64,000 nt of DNA from Clostridia bacterium. Lineage in GTDB: Bacteria; Bacillota; Clostridia; Lachnospirales; Lachnospiraceae. This document shows positions 41,751 through 50,074 of the stretch, piece after piece. The position numbers and the translations under genes are program-made. Location of the stretch: assembly GCA_003246295.1 (NCBI GenBank), contig QKAS01000053.1, forward strand, positions 46,948 through 110,947, written 5' to 3'. Each line of letters begins with the position of its first letter. Positions within the stretch are counted from its first letter, which is position 1. The notes beneath the pieces are model-generated. The model was not told the DNA's origin. It did not search any database and saw nothing but the letters and a program-made list of their open reading frames with translations.

Positions 41751-42698
41751 ATGAAATACATTAAAGACTACAAGGATGGCGACAGAGTATTCGATATTTA
41801 CTTGTGCAAGTTCAAACAATCAGCTGTAACAAAAAATGGGAAAGCATACGACAATGTAATTTTACAGGATAAGTCTGGAACGATAGATGCTAAAATATGG
41901 GATCCAAACAGTGCTGGAATTGGAGAGTTTGATTCTCTTGACTATATTGAAGTATATGGAGAAGTAAATAGTTTCCAGGGTGCATTACAGGTTAATGTTA
42001 AAAGAGTCAGACTTTGCCAGGAAGGCGAGTATGATCCAGCAGATTATCTGCCTGTTACATCAAAAAATATTAATGAGATGTATCATGAATTAACGGGAAT
42101 CATTCAAAGAATAGAAAATCCTTATTTGAAGATGTTAATGGAAGATTTTTTTGTCAGAGATACTGATTTTATCAAAGCATTTAAAGCTTCTTCTGCTGCA
42201 AAAAGTGTTCATCATGGGTTTATGGGCGGATTATTGGAGCATACACTTAGTATATTAAAGTTATGTGAGTACTATTGCAGTACATATCCACTGCTAAAAA
42301 AAGATCTGCTGATGAGTGCAGCACTCTGTCATGATATTGGAAAGACAAAAGAGTTGTCATTATTTCCAGAAAATGACTATACGGACGATGGAAATTTACT
42401 TGGGCATATTGTAATGGCAGTCGAGATGCTGAATGATAAAATTCGTGAAATAGATGGATTTCCAGAAAGTCTGGCAACAGAATTAAAACATTGTATTCTG
42501 GCACACCACGGTGAACTTGAGTATGGTTCTCCAAAAAAACCAGCGCTTATGGAAGCCGTTGCATTGAACCTTGCAGATAATACAGATGCAAAAATGCAGA
42601 CATTTACAGAACTATTAATGTCTACAGCTGAAACAGGATGGCTAGGCTATAACAGACTTTTTGAATCCAATCTTCGAATGACAAGAATGGAGCAATAA
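41751..42698 (+). CDS. yhaM: 3'-5' exoribonuclease YhaM (OB fold + HD domain)
   Basis: HDIGK and HHGELEYGSPK motifs; start moved to ATG 41751 behind GGGAGA. Confidence 0.88.
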   Translation: MKYIKDYKDGDRVFDIYLCKFKQSAVTKNGKAYDNVILQDKSGTIDAKIWDPNSAGIGEFDSLDYIEVYGEVNSFQGALQVNVKRVRLCQEGEYDPADYLPVTSKNINEMYHELTGIIQRIENPYLKMLMEDFFVRDTDFIKAFKASSAAKSVHHGFMGGLLEHTLSILKLCEYYCSTYPLLKKDLLMSAALCHDIGKTKELSLFPENDYTDDGNLLGHIVMAVEMLNDKIREIDGFPESLATELKHCILAHHGELEYGSPKKPALMEAVALNLADNTDAKMQTFTELLMSTAETGWLGYNRLFESNLRMTRMEQ

Positions 42699-42700
42699 AA

Positions 42701-44080
42701 ATGGAATTTCGTAAGAATGATTGTTTTTCAGTCGTAATTGAAGACATGGGAAATGATGGTGAGGGGATTGGAAAGGTGGATGGGTTTACAGTCTTTGTAA
42801 AAGATGGTATTGTTGGAGATCATCTTCTTATTAAGCTCACCAAAATTAAAAAAAATTATGCATACGCCAGAATAGAGAAGGTAGAGATACCTTCTCCTTT
42901 TCGCACCATACCTAGATGCCCTATACACAAACAATGTGGTGGGTGCCAGATTCAGGCGCTAGATTATATGGAACAATTAGAATTCAAACAGAGAAAAGTG
43001 ATAAATCATCTGGTTCGAATTGGAGGCTTTGAGCAGGACAGAATCGAACGGAGTATGGATTCAATTATTGGTATGGAAGAACCCTACCGTTATCGAAACA
43101 AAGCGCAATATCCTGTTGGTAGGGATAAGGATGGAAATATCATCACTGGATTTTATGCAGGAAGAACACATGTAATCATTCCGGTAGAAGATTGTATGAT
43201 TGGCTCTGAAAAAAATGCAAAGATTCTTAATATTGTTAAAAAATATATGCAGGAGAATTGTGTTACTCCATATGACGAACTGACACACAAAGGTGAGATT
43301 AGACATATTCTGATTCGTATTGGGCAAGATACAGATGAAATTATGGTCAGCCTTGTAATCAATGGTAAAAAATTGCCGAAAGAAGAAATGCTTATTCAGT
43401 TGTTGCGTGAAATCAAAGGAATGACGTCAATTTCTATCAGTAGTAATACTGAAAAAACAAATGTCATCATGGGAAAAGAGATTCGACTTCTATGGGGAAG
43501 TGAGTTTATAACAGATCGAATCGGATCTGTTATATTCAGAATCTCCCCATTGTCATTCTTTCAGGTCAATTCTATTCAGACTGAGAAGTTGTATAGAACA
43601 GCACTTGAGTATGCAGACCTTCAAGGTGGTGAGACAGTGTGGGATCTATATTGCGGAATAGGAACGATTTCATTATTTATGGCTCAAAAAGCTGCTAAAG
43701 TATATGGTGTTGAGATTGTTCCAGAGGCAATTAGAGATGCAAGGGAAAATGCAAAACTGAATCAAATGGACAATGTTACCTTCTTTGTTGGGAAGGCAGA
43801 AGAAATACTACCTGAAAAATACGAATCCGAAAAAATTCATGCAGATGTTATTGTTGTTGATCCTCCCAGGAAAGGGTGTGATCAGGCGTGCCTTGAAACT
43901 ATATTAAAGATGATGCCAGAGAAAGTAGTCTACGTTAGCTGTGATTCTTCTACATTGGCAAGAGATCTTAAAATATTATGCGAAAATGCCTATGAAATAA
44001 AAAAAATAAGAGCAGTCGATCAGTTTTGCCATACGGTGCATGTGGAATGCGTGACACTGCTCCAACGGATAGATACGTAA
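42701..44080 (+). CDS. rlmD: 23S rRNA (uracil-5-)-methyltransferase RlmD/RumA (TRAM + Fe-S + SAM MTase)
   Basis: TRAM N-terminus, Cys cluster CPIHKQCGGC, DLYCGIGT SAM motif, VYVSCD, C-terminal HVECVTLL. Confidence 0.93.
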   Translation: MEFRKNDCFSVVIEDMGNDGEGIGKVDGFTVFVKDGIVGDHLLIKLTKIKKNYAYARIEKVEIPSPFRTIPRCPIHKQCGGCQIQALDYMEQLEFKQRKVINHLVRIGGFEQDRIERSMDSIIGMEEPYRYRNKAQYPVGRDKDGNIITGFYAGRTHVIIPVEDCMIGSEKNAKILNIVKKYMQENCVTPYDELTHKGEIRHILIRIGQDTDEIMVSLVINGKKLPKEEMLIQLLREIKGMTSISISSNTEKTNVIMGKEIRLLWGSEFITDRIGSVIFRISPLSFFQVNSIQTEKLYRTALEYADLQGGETVWDLYCGIGTISLFMAQKAAKVYGVEIVPEAIRDARENAKLNQMDNVTFFVGKAEEILPEKYESEKIHADVIVVDPPRKGCDQACLETILKMMPEKVVYVSCDSSTLARDLKILCENAYEIKKIRAVDQFCHTVHVECVTLLQRIDT

Positions 44081-44368
44081 AACTCCTTGATTTTACGCAC
44101 TTTTCGAGGCATATGGTCTTTTCAAAATCAGAGAGAAAAGACAAGAAAAAAGCAATTTTGAATGGTGTGAACGTCTCAGTGGTTTTAGACCTCGTGTGCG
44201 CAACACCAAAAAAGTACATTTAATATTCTAATTATTTTGATACATCCAACTTAATAGAGCTATGAGTCGAAAGACCGTTTGTTTTCAACCTTTTAGGAAG
44301 AAAATGAGTGGTCTTTTTTGCGTTCTATAAGCTTGCCGAAGCATCTATCAGGAGAGGAGATTGAGATA

Positions 44369-45439
44369 ATGAAACAAAAAGAAAGATTGGTTACTTCTTC
44401 CTTAGTAGACAATGGAATAAGCAGTGAAAATGATGTGAAAGGTGGAAAACTCAAGGAAACAGAGGGAATTATCAGTATTCCATTTAACCAGCTTCATGAA
44501 TTTAAAGGTCATCCATTTAAAGTAGAAAATGATATGGAGTTATTTGAACTCATGAGGAGTATTGAGAAAGAGGGTGTAATTGTTCCGGCACTTGTTAGAC
44601 CCAATCCATATGGGAGCGGTTATGAAGTGATTGCGGGTCACAGAAGAATGGCAGCAGGCAAGTGGGCAGGATTAACAGAATTACCAGTCGTAATAAGAAA
44701 TCTGGATGATAATCAGGCAGTATGTGCCATGGTAGATAGCAATTTACAAAGAGAGCATATCAAACCAAGCGAGAAAGCATTTGCTTTTAAGATGAAACTA
44801 GATGCCATGAATCGTCAGGGTAAAAGGTCGAATACAACCTTTGGCCAATTTGACCAGAAGTCTGAATCACTTAATACCGGTATTGTAATTCACTCTTTAG
44901 AACTTGTTAAAAATGAAATTGGATATCTTGAAGTGAGAAATATACTACCAGATAGCGAATCGTCCCAATTAATTAATTCGAGGCAGGAACTGGCTAGGCA
45001 GGTAGGAGAAAGTGAAAGACAGATTCAACGATATATTCGTCTGACATATCTAATACCAAAGATAATGAAAATGGTGGATCAGGAAAAGATAGCACTGACA
45101 CCGGCGGTTGAAATTTCTTATCTAACAGAGGATGAGCAGTATGAGCTATTAGCAGTGATGGAATTGGAGCAATCGACACCATCTTTATCACAGGCGAACC
45201 GGATGAAACGGATGAGTCAGTCAGGGAAATTAGATATGGATATGCTCTATGAAATTATCGGGGAAGAAAAACCAAATCAAAGGGAGAAGCTTAAGTTGTA
45301 TGCAGATACCCTGGAGGAATATTTTCCATCCGATTTTACACCAAAGCAGAAGGTGGAGCTGATACAAACGTTGGTAAAAGAGTGGCATCTAAACCAGACA
45401 CAGCAACAATCTAGATCAAATGAGAAGAAGGGAAGGTAA
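44369..45439 (+). CDS. ParB/Srx-like N-terminal domain protein
   Basis: VPALVRP...YEVIAGHRR ParB-box; start moved to ATG 44369 behind AGGAGAGGAG. Confidence 0.8.
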   Translation: MKQKERLVTSSLVDNGISSENDVKGGKLKETEGIISIPFNQLHEFKGHPFKVENDMELFELMRSIEKEGVIVPALVRPNPYGSGYEVIAGHRRMAAGKWAGLTELPVVIRNLDDNQAVCAMVDSNLQREHIKPSEKAFAFKMKLDAMNRQGKRSNTTFGQFDQKSESLNTGIVIHSLELVKNEIGYLEVRNILPDSESSQLINSRQELARQVGESERQIQRYIRLTYLIPKIMKMVDQEKIALTPAVEISYLTEDEQYELLAVMELEQSTPSLSQANRMKRMSQSGKLDMDMLYEIIGEEKPNQREKLKLYADTLEEYFPSDFTPKQKVELIQTLVKEWHLNQTQQQSRSNEKKGR

Positions 45440-45444
45440 TTAGT

Positions 45445-45825
45445 ATGAGTGAAGAAAAATCATTATTTGAAACCTTGGGAATTGATTATGAAGAAAGAAA
45501 TGGATTATTATATCCAATTTTTGAAGAAGAATCTTCATCGGAAACTATTCATGTTGGAAAGTACGGAGATTTGTGGATGGAATATCTGAAAGTAAATCAT
45601 CCAGACAGATACCGTCATCTATTCCGATTTGGAAAATTGATGACGAAAGCAGTAGAAGTAAATGAAGATGCTTATGAAATGCTGGATAGCATTGTATCAA
45701 AATATTTAGAAAAACATCCGCCAATAGATCTGAACTCTACTATGGAAATGTGGCAAATTCGAGAGCAGGCAAAGATGATGGCAGAAGAAATGATATTCCA
45801 TGACATTGTAAATCAGTTTCACTAA
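45445..45825 (+). CDS. TnpV-like small protein of Firmicutes mobile elements
   Basis: 126 aa; pattern GKYG..W..YLK.NHP..Y..L...GKL resembles my recollection of TnpV-family proteins; not searchable here. Confidence 0.5.
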   Translation: MSEEKSLFETLGIDYEERNGLLYPIFEEESSSETIHVGKYGDLWMEYLKVNHPDRYRHLFRFGKLMTKAVEVNEDAYEMLDSIVSKYLEKHPPIDLNSTMEMWQIREQAKMMAEEMIFHDIVNQFH

Positions 45826-45951
45826 TCGGAAGGAGAAAATTTTATGAAAGAAAATACGAACGTTTCTACAAATCAGAATTATTTAATAGGAAGAAAAAGA
45901 CAGGAGGGGATAACAACTACAACAATGGGAAATTTAGGAGGAAAAGAGAAT

Positions 45952-46884
45952 ATGAGAGAATACAGAATCAAAGATACACTAATTTTAGCTTGTGATCATG
46001 GGTATGGGAATATTAAGTCCTGTCACAGTGTTTTTAAAGCATCTGCCGAAGTCAGTGAAACAGCACCAATATTTAGTAAGGACTATGTGAAATTTGATGA
46101 TAAATATTATGTGATTGGAGAAGGGCATAAAAGTTTTCTTGCAGATAAGATTGGAGATGACGATTATTATATTTTGACATTGGTTGCAATTGCAAAAGAA
46201 TTAGCATTAAGAGGACTTAAGGAAGCAAAGATTCATCTTGCAGTGGGACTTCCACTTAAATGGGTCAAGGCGCAGAGAGATTCCTTTAAAGCATACTTAC
46301 TTCGCAACCGCTATGTTAATTTTGAATACCGAGAGAAAGAATATCTGGTAGAGATTGCTGGTTGTACGGTGATGCCACAGTGCTACTCAGCAGTGGCAGA
46401 AAATCTGAAAGATTTTAAGGGATTGAATATGCTGGTTGATATCGGTAATGGAACCATGAATATTATGTATTTAAACGATGGAAGGGCAATGGAAAATAAA
46501 TCCTGGACAGAAAAGTTTGGGGTAAATCAATGTTCCATTCGTATCAGAAATGCAGTCTTAAATGAAACAGGAACACACTTGATGGATGATGTAATTGAGA
46601 ATTTCTTAAGAACAGGAATAGCGGATGTAGAAGAGCCATATGCTTCACTGATTCGAAAAGCTGCTGCAGAATATGTATCGGAAATCTTTGATAAATTGAA
46701 GGATTATGAGTACAACGACAAGCTAATGAAGCTGCATTTTATGGGTGGAGGATGTAAACTTGTGGAAAATGTTGGACAATACAATGTTGATAGAACTTTC
46801 TTTATTAAGGATATCTGTGCTACTGCTAAGGGTTATGAGTATTATTGCTATATGGGTCTTCGCAGACAGAACCAGAATCGTTAA
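45952..46884 (+). CDS. ParM/Alp-like actin-fold plasmid segregation ATPase
   Basis: Phosphate-1 ACDHGYGNIK and phosphate-2 VDIGNGTMN motifs; start moved to ATG 45952 behind AGGAGG. Confidence 0.75.
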   Translation: MREYRIKDTLILACDHGYGNIKSCHSVFKASAEVSETAPIFSKDYVKFDDKYYVIGEGHKSFLADKIGDDDYYILTLVAIAKELALRGLKEAKIHLAVGLPLKWVKAQRDSFKAYLLRNRYVNFEYREKEYLVEIAGCTVMPQCYSAVAENLKDFKGLNMLVDIGNGTMNIMYLNDGRAMENKSWTEKFGVNQCSIRIRNAVLNETGTHLMDDVIENFLRTGIADVEEPYASLIRKAAAEYVSEIFDKLKDYEYNDKLMKLHFMGGGCKLVENVGQYNVDRTFFIKDICATAKGYEYYCYMGLRRQNQNR

Positions 46885-46952
46885 TCAGACGAATATTTGA
46901 TAGGATTTAATTTGAAATGAAACCTAAATTCGTTTCGGGAAGGAGCAGACCA

Positions 46953-47435
46953 ATGACAAAGAATACAAATATTCGATTTTATGACGAAGAGGAAGAGGAC
47001 AAAAGGGCATGGGATATTCTTCATTCCCTTGATAAGAAGCAGTTTAAATCTCAGAGCAAATTTGTGGTTCTTGCTATATTAGATTATTATGAAAAATGTT
47101 TAAGGCAGGAGCAAGATCCCTATTTTGAGACAAGGGAGAAAGAGGATGCTTTTTCTGACAGAATTGTAAAGTCGGTGGAAGAAAAGGTTATTTCTAATCT
47201 ACCAGCACTGATTGGAACTTATGTGATGTCGCTGCAACAGATTCCGTTGCAGACCATGCCGGTGATGGATTATACAGGAATTGATAGACAAGGACAGCCA
47301 GTAATGAAGTCACTATCTGGAAATGGCGCATTAACAGATGGATCAAGTGCCCATTCTGGTTTTAATTCGCAAAATTTTTTAAAGGAGCAGGAACTTGATG
47401 AAAATGAATTTCTTGATTTTGGAATGATGGAGTAA
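46953..47435 (+). CDS. hypothetical protein; possible ribbon-helix-helix ParR-like adaptor with acidic C-terminal tail
   Basis: N-terminus TNIRFYDEEEEDKRAWDILHSL...SKFVVLAILDYY fits a beta-alpha-alpha RHH pattern; directly after the ParM-like gene; GGAAGGAG RBS. Confidence 0.4.
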   Translation: MTKNTNIRFYDEEEEDKRAWDILHSLDKKQFKSQSKFVVLAILDYYEKCLRQEQDPYFETREKEDAFSDRIVKSVEEKVISNLPALIGTYVMSLQQIPLQTMPVMDYTGIDRQGQPVMKSLSGNGALTDGSSAHSGFNSQNFLKEQELDENEFLDFGMME

Positions 47436-47440
47436 CAGGT

Positions 47441-47565
47441 AATGGCTACGGAAATGCTATCAGAAATTTTTAGTTGGCTACAAAGAATAGTGGAAATGGT
47501 AGCAGAAAGTACAATTTCATATGCGGTATAAATGATGGTTACAAAATAGAAATGTTTTGTAGCCA
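47441..47565. repeat. cluster of ATGG(C/T)TAC(AAA) iterons, the last two forming an inverted pair
   Basis: Copies at 47441-47448, 47473-47484, 47495-47503 (degenerate), 47534-47545 and, inverted, 47554-47565. Confidence 0.55.
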
Positions 47566-47589
47566 TTCATACAATATTGGGTGCAAAAG

Positions 47590-47628
47590 AGACAGAAGGC
47601 AATTTTTATAGCTTATCTGTCTTTTTTT
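47590..47628 (+). terminator. hairpin plus T-run inside the par/mob intergenic region
   Basis: agacag ... ctgtct stem followed by TTTTTTT. Confidence 0.45.
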
Positions 47629-47718
47629 GTACCTATTTTTACAGACCAAAGGCTGTAAATAAACCGGGGTCTTAGGGATGGAATCCCTAACAAGATAAGG
47701 GTGCGTCAGTACTCGATA

Positions 47719-47748
47719 GGATTTCGCATTGCGAAATCCGTATCTTGC
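47719..47748 (+). promoter_or_regulatory. candidate oriT: 10-bp perfect inverted repeat followed by a nick-like TATCTTGC
   Basis: GGATTTCGCA t TGCGAAATCC (47719-47739) then gTATCTTGC; lies about 80 nt upstream of mobC-relaxase. Confidence 0.45.
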
Positions 47749-47829
47749 AAAAAATCTCAGCACTTATCTTTAGGTCAAAGTGTAAAGGACTTAAGGCACG
47801 TAAAAAAATTCAAAGGAGGAGATTTAAGT

Positions 47830-48165
47830 ATGGGAAAGAAGAAAGTAAGTATAGCGAGGCAAAATAGAACATTTCGTTTATCGAAATCGGAACTACAGAA
47901 ATTAGAGGAGGGTGCAAAGGCGGCGGGAATGTCGGAAAGTGAATATGTCAGACATTTAATTTTGCATGGTGGTGTTGACACAGATTATATCCGTGATCGG
48001 CAAAACATTATAAGACAGATAACAGGAGTTGCTACGAATGTAAATCAGGCTGCAAAGTGGGCAAATGAAAATAAGTATATTCCACAAAGCAGAATTGATC
48101 AGATGTGTATGCAATTAGGTGTGATTTTAAGTTTGTTAAAGGAGCTGATTCAATTATGGCGATAA
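47830..48165 (+). CDS. mobC: MobC-family relaxosome accessory protein (RHH N-terminus)
   Basis: 111 aa from MGKKKVSIARQNRTFRLSKSELQKLEE...; GVATNVNQAAKWAN motif typical of MobC; AAAGGAGGAG RBS; overlaps relaxase start. Confidence 0.8.
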   Translation: MGKKKVSIARQNRTFRLSKSELQKLEEGAKAAGMSESEYVRHLILHGGVDTDYIRDRQNIIRQITGVATNVNQAAKWANENKYIPQSRIDQMCMQLGVILSLLKELIQLWR

Positions 48166-49940
48166 CCAAGATTATGAATATAGGAGCTGGAAAGAAGGGC
48201 AAAATCACAAATCATCTGAAAAATGCGTTAGATTATATAATGAATGAGGCAAAGACAGAAAGTGGAGTTCTGGTGGGCGGGTGGAATTGTGTCCCAAAGC
48301 TTGCTTTTGAACAGATGGTGGGAACAAAAGAATTGTATGGAAAGACAGGCGGAAGGCAGGGATATCATATTGTGATATCCTGTCCGCCTGGAGAGGGAAC
48401 TCCAGAGCAGTTATTGGAATTAATGAAGGAATTTGCACAGGAGTTTTTAGGAGAGGATTATGAGGCGGTGTATAGCGTTCATTCTGATAAGGAACATTGT
48501 CACGGGCATTTGGTTTTTAACAGTGTGAATATGAATACTGGTAAGAAATATGAATATAAAAAAGGTGATTGGAAATATGAGATTCAGCCGATTACCAATC
48601 GTCTTTGTGAGAAATATGGATTATCTATAATGCCAGCGGAGTATAGTAAAGATCCAGTAAATATGAATCGAAAGCAGTGGGAGAAAGAGAAATCTTGGAG
48701 TGAATTTATTGAAGCAGATGTGAAATATTGCCGTGGTGTAGCGGAGGATTATGAACATTTTCTTTATCTGTTGGAAGAATTGGGTTATGAGGTGAAAAAG
48801 GGAGCTCATCTGGCAGTAAAAGCAGAGAAGATGAAGCGTTTTCGTAGACTGGATACGATTAATGAAGAATATTCCAAAGAAAATCTGGAAGCATTCTTTA
48901 CAAAGGGAAGTTTTGCCTTTGAAACACCGAGAGTATTAACACCTGATGTAAAATATTTAATTAAGCCAAAGAATCTCTATCAGCAGAAGTTCTATGCCAA
49001 GCTCTACCGTATGCGTGTTGTTGAAAAGTGTCGTTTTCAATATAAGTCAGCTAGATTTAAAGAGGATTTGGAACGGATGCATATGTTACAAGAGGAGTAT
49101 CTGTTTCTGAGAAGAAAGGATATTAATGGTGTTGCGGATATTGTAACCAAAATTGAATTAGCAGAATTTGATATTAAAAAAATAACCGAGAAGCAGAAAA
49201 CATTGTATCAGGAGCGAGCAGATTTAAAGAGGAAATGTATGACGGGTAATAATATTTTAGACTTTTATACTTCTGAACCTGAATATCGAAAGCAGTTGGA
49301 AGATATTAAATTGGAAAAGAAGAAACTTCAAGGTGAAAAACATATAGCGGAACGTTGCTTGAAAGAAAGTCTTTATGTTGGATTGTTGGTTCCAGAGAAT
49401 ATTGAAATTGGTAATATTTATGAGATTGAAGTGCCGAAGAAACCTTGGTATTTGTGGAAAGAGGAAAGTAAAATGCCGGAAGTAAAAAGGGCGGTTGAAG
49501 TTGCTGCTATTGTTGAGGAAGAAACGGTAGAATCTTTTGAGATGAATACTTTCGATGTGGAATTGGAACCTGATGAAATTATTTCTTCTCACAATGAAAC
49601 GATAGAGGCTATAGAAGAAACAAAAGTATTTGATATTAAAGGTATATCAATGTTTGATGAAATTGAGAAAGCGGTTTACGGGGATGTCGAGCCACAGATG
49701 ACGGTAGTTACCAAGGAAATTTATAAATCTATGACGGATATGGAAAAAGCTGAATGGATTGGCATAGATGGAAATGATGTATATGGGTCAATGAAACGAT
49801 TCCATGAAAAAATGACATCGATTGGTATCTCTTATAAATACAGTTCGGATGAAACAGAAGAGTTTTGTAGATTAGAAGAAATTTGTAGAAAGGAATCAGA
49901 TAGGTCAAGATTTTATAGGAATACAGAGAGAAGCAGGTAG
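48156..49940 (+). CDS. relaxase/mobilization nuclease (MobA/VirD2-type relaxase domain) with long coiled-coil/acidic C-terminus
   Basis: N-terminal relaxase domain with 3-His motif HSDKEHCHGHLVFNSV; start at ATG 48156 (MAITKIMNIG). Confidence 0.85.
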   Translation: MAITKIMNIGAGKKGKITNHLKNALDYIMNEAKTESGVLVGGWNCVPKLAFEQMVGTKELYGKTGGRQGYHIVISCPPGEGTPEQLLELMKEFAQEFLGEDYEAVYSVHSDKEHCHGHLVFNSVNMNTGKKYEYKKGDWKYEIQPITNRLCEKYGLSIMPAEYSKDPVNMNRKQWEKEKSWSEFIEADVKYCRGVAEDYEHFLYLLEELGYEVKKGAHLAVKAEKMKRFRRLDTINEEYSKENLEAFFTKGSFAFETPRVLTPDVKYLIKPKNLYQQKFYAKLYRMRVVEKCRFQYKSARFKEDLERMHMLQEEYLFLRRKDINGVADIVTKIELAEFDIKKITEKQKTLYQERADLKRKCMTGNNILDFYTSEPEYRKQLEDIKLEKKKLQGEKHIAERCLKESLYVGLLVPENIEIGNIYEIEVPKKPWYLWKEESKMPEVKRAVEVAAIVEEETVESFEMNTFDVELEPDEIISSHNETIEAIEETKVFDIKGISMFDEIEKAVYGDVEPQMTVVTKEIYKSMTDMEKAEWIGIDGNDVYGSMKRFHEKMTSIGISYKYSSDETEEFCRLEEICRKESDRSRFYRNTERSR

Positions 49941-50003
49941 AAAACAAGGAATTTTTAACTGTGAATTGAGTAATAAAGTTGTAATTAGAATTATTTATAG
50001 AGG

Positions 50004-50045
50004 ACCATGATTATTTTAGTATTGAAATACTAAAATAATCATGGT
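50004..50045. repeat. near-perfect 42-bp palindrome overlapping the R-M operon promoter
   Basis: Arms 50004-50022 and 50027-50045 (acCATGATTATTTTAGTAT tgaa ATACTAAAATAATCATGgt). Confidence 0.9.
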
Positions 50046-50050
50046 ATAAT
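50022..50050 (+). promoter_or_regulatory. near-consensus extended -10 sigmaA promoter for the R-M/defence operon
   Basis: TTGAAA (50022-50027), 17-nt spacer, TGgTATAAT (50042-50050); the -35 lies at the palindrome centre. Confidence 0.6.
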
Positions 50051-50074
50051 ACTCACATGATTGGAGGTGCCTTT

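Noticed and set aside
43968-44223. Short ORFs (83 aa minus strand, 65 aa plus strand) at the rlmD/island junction
   Set aside because: They overlap the rlmD 3' end, and have no RBS and no recognisable motifs. The region is more likely an att or non-coding junction.
49257-49592. 111-aa minus-strand ORF inside the relaxase gene
   Set aside because: It is an F/N/R-rich product of antisense AT-rich coiled-coil coding DNA; spurious.
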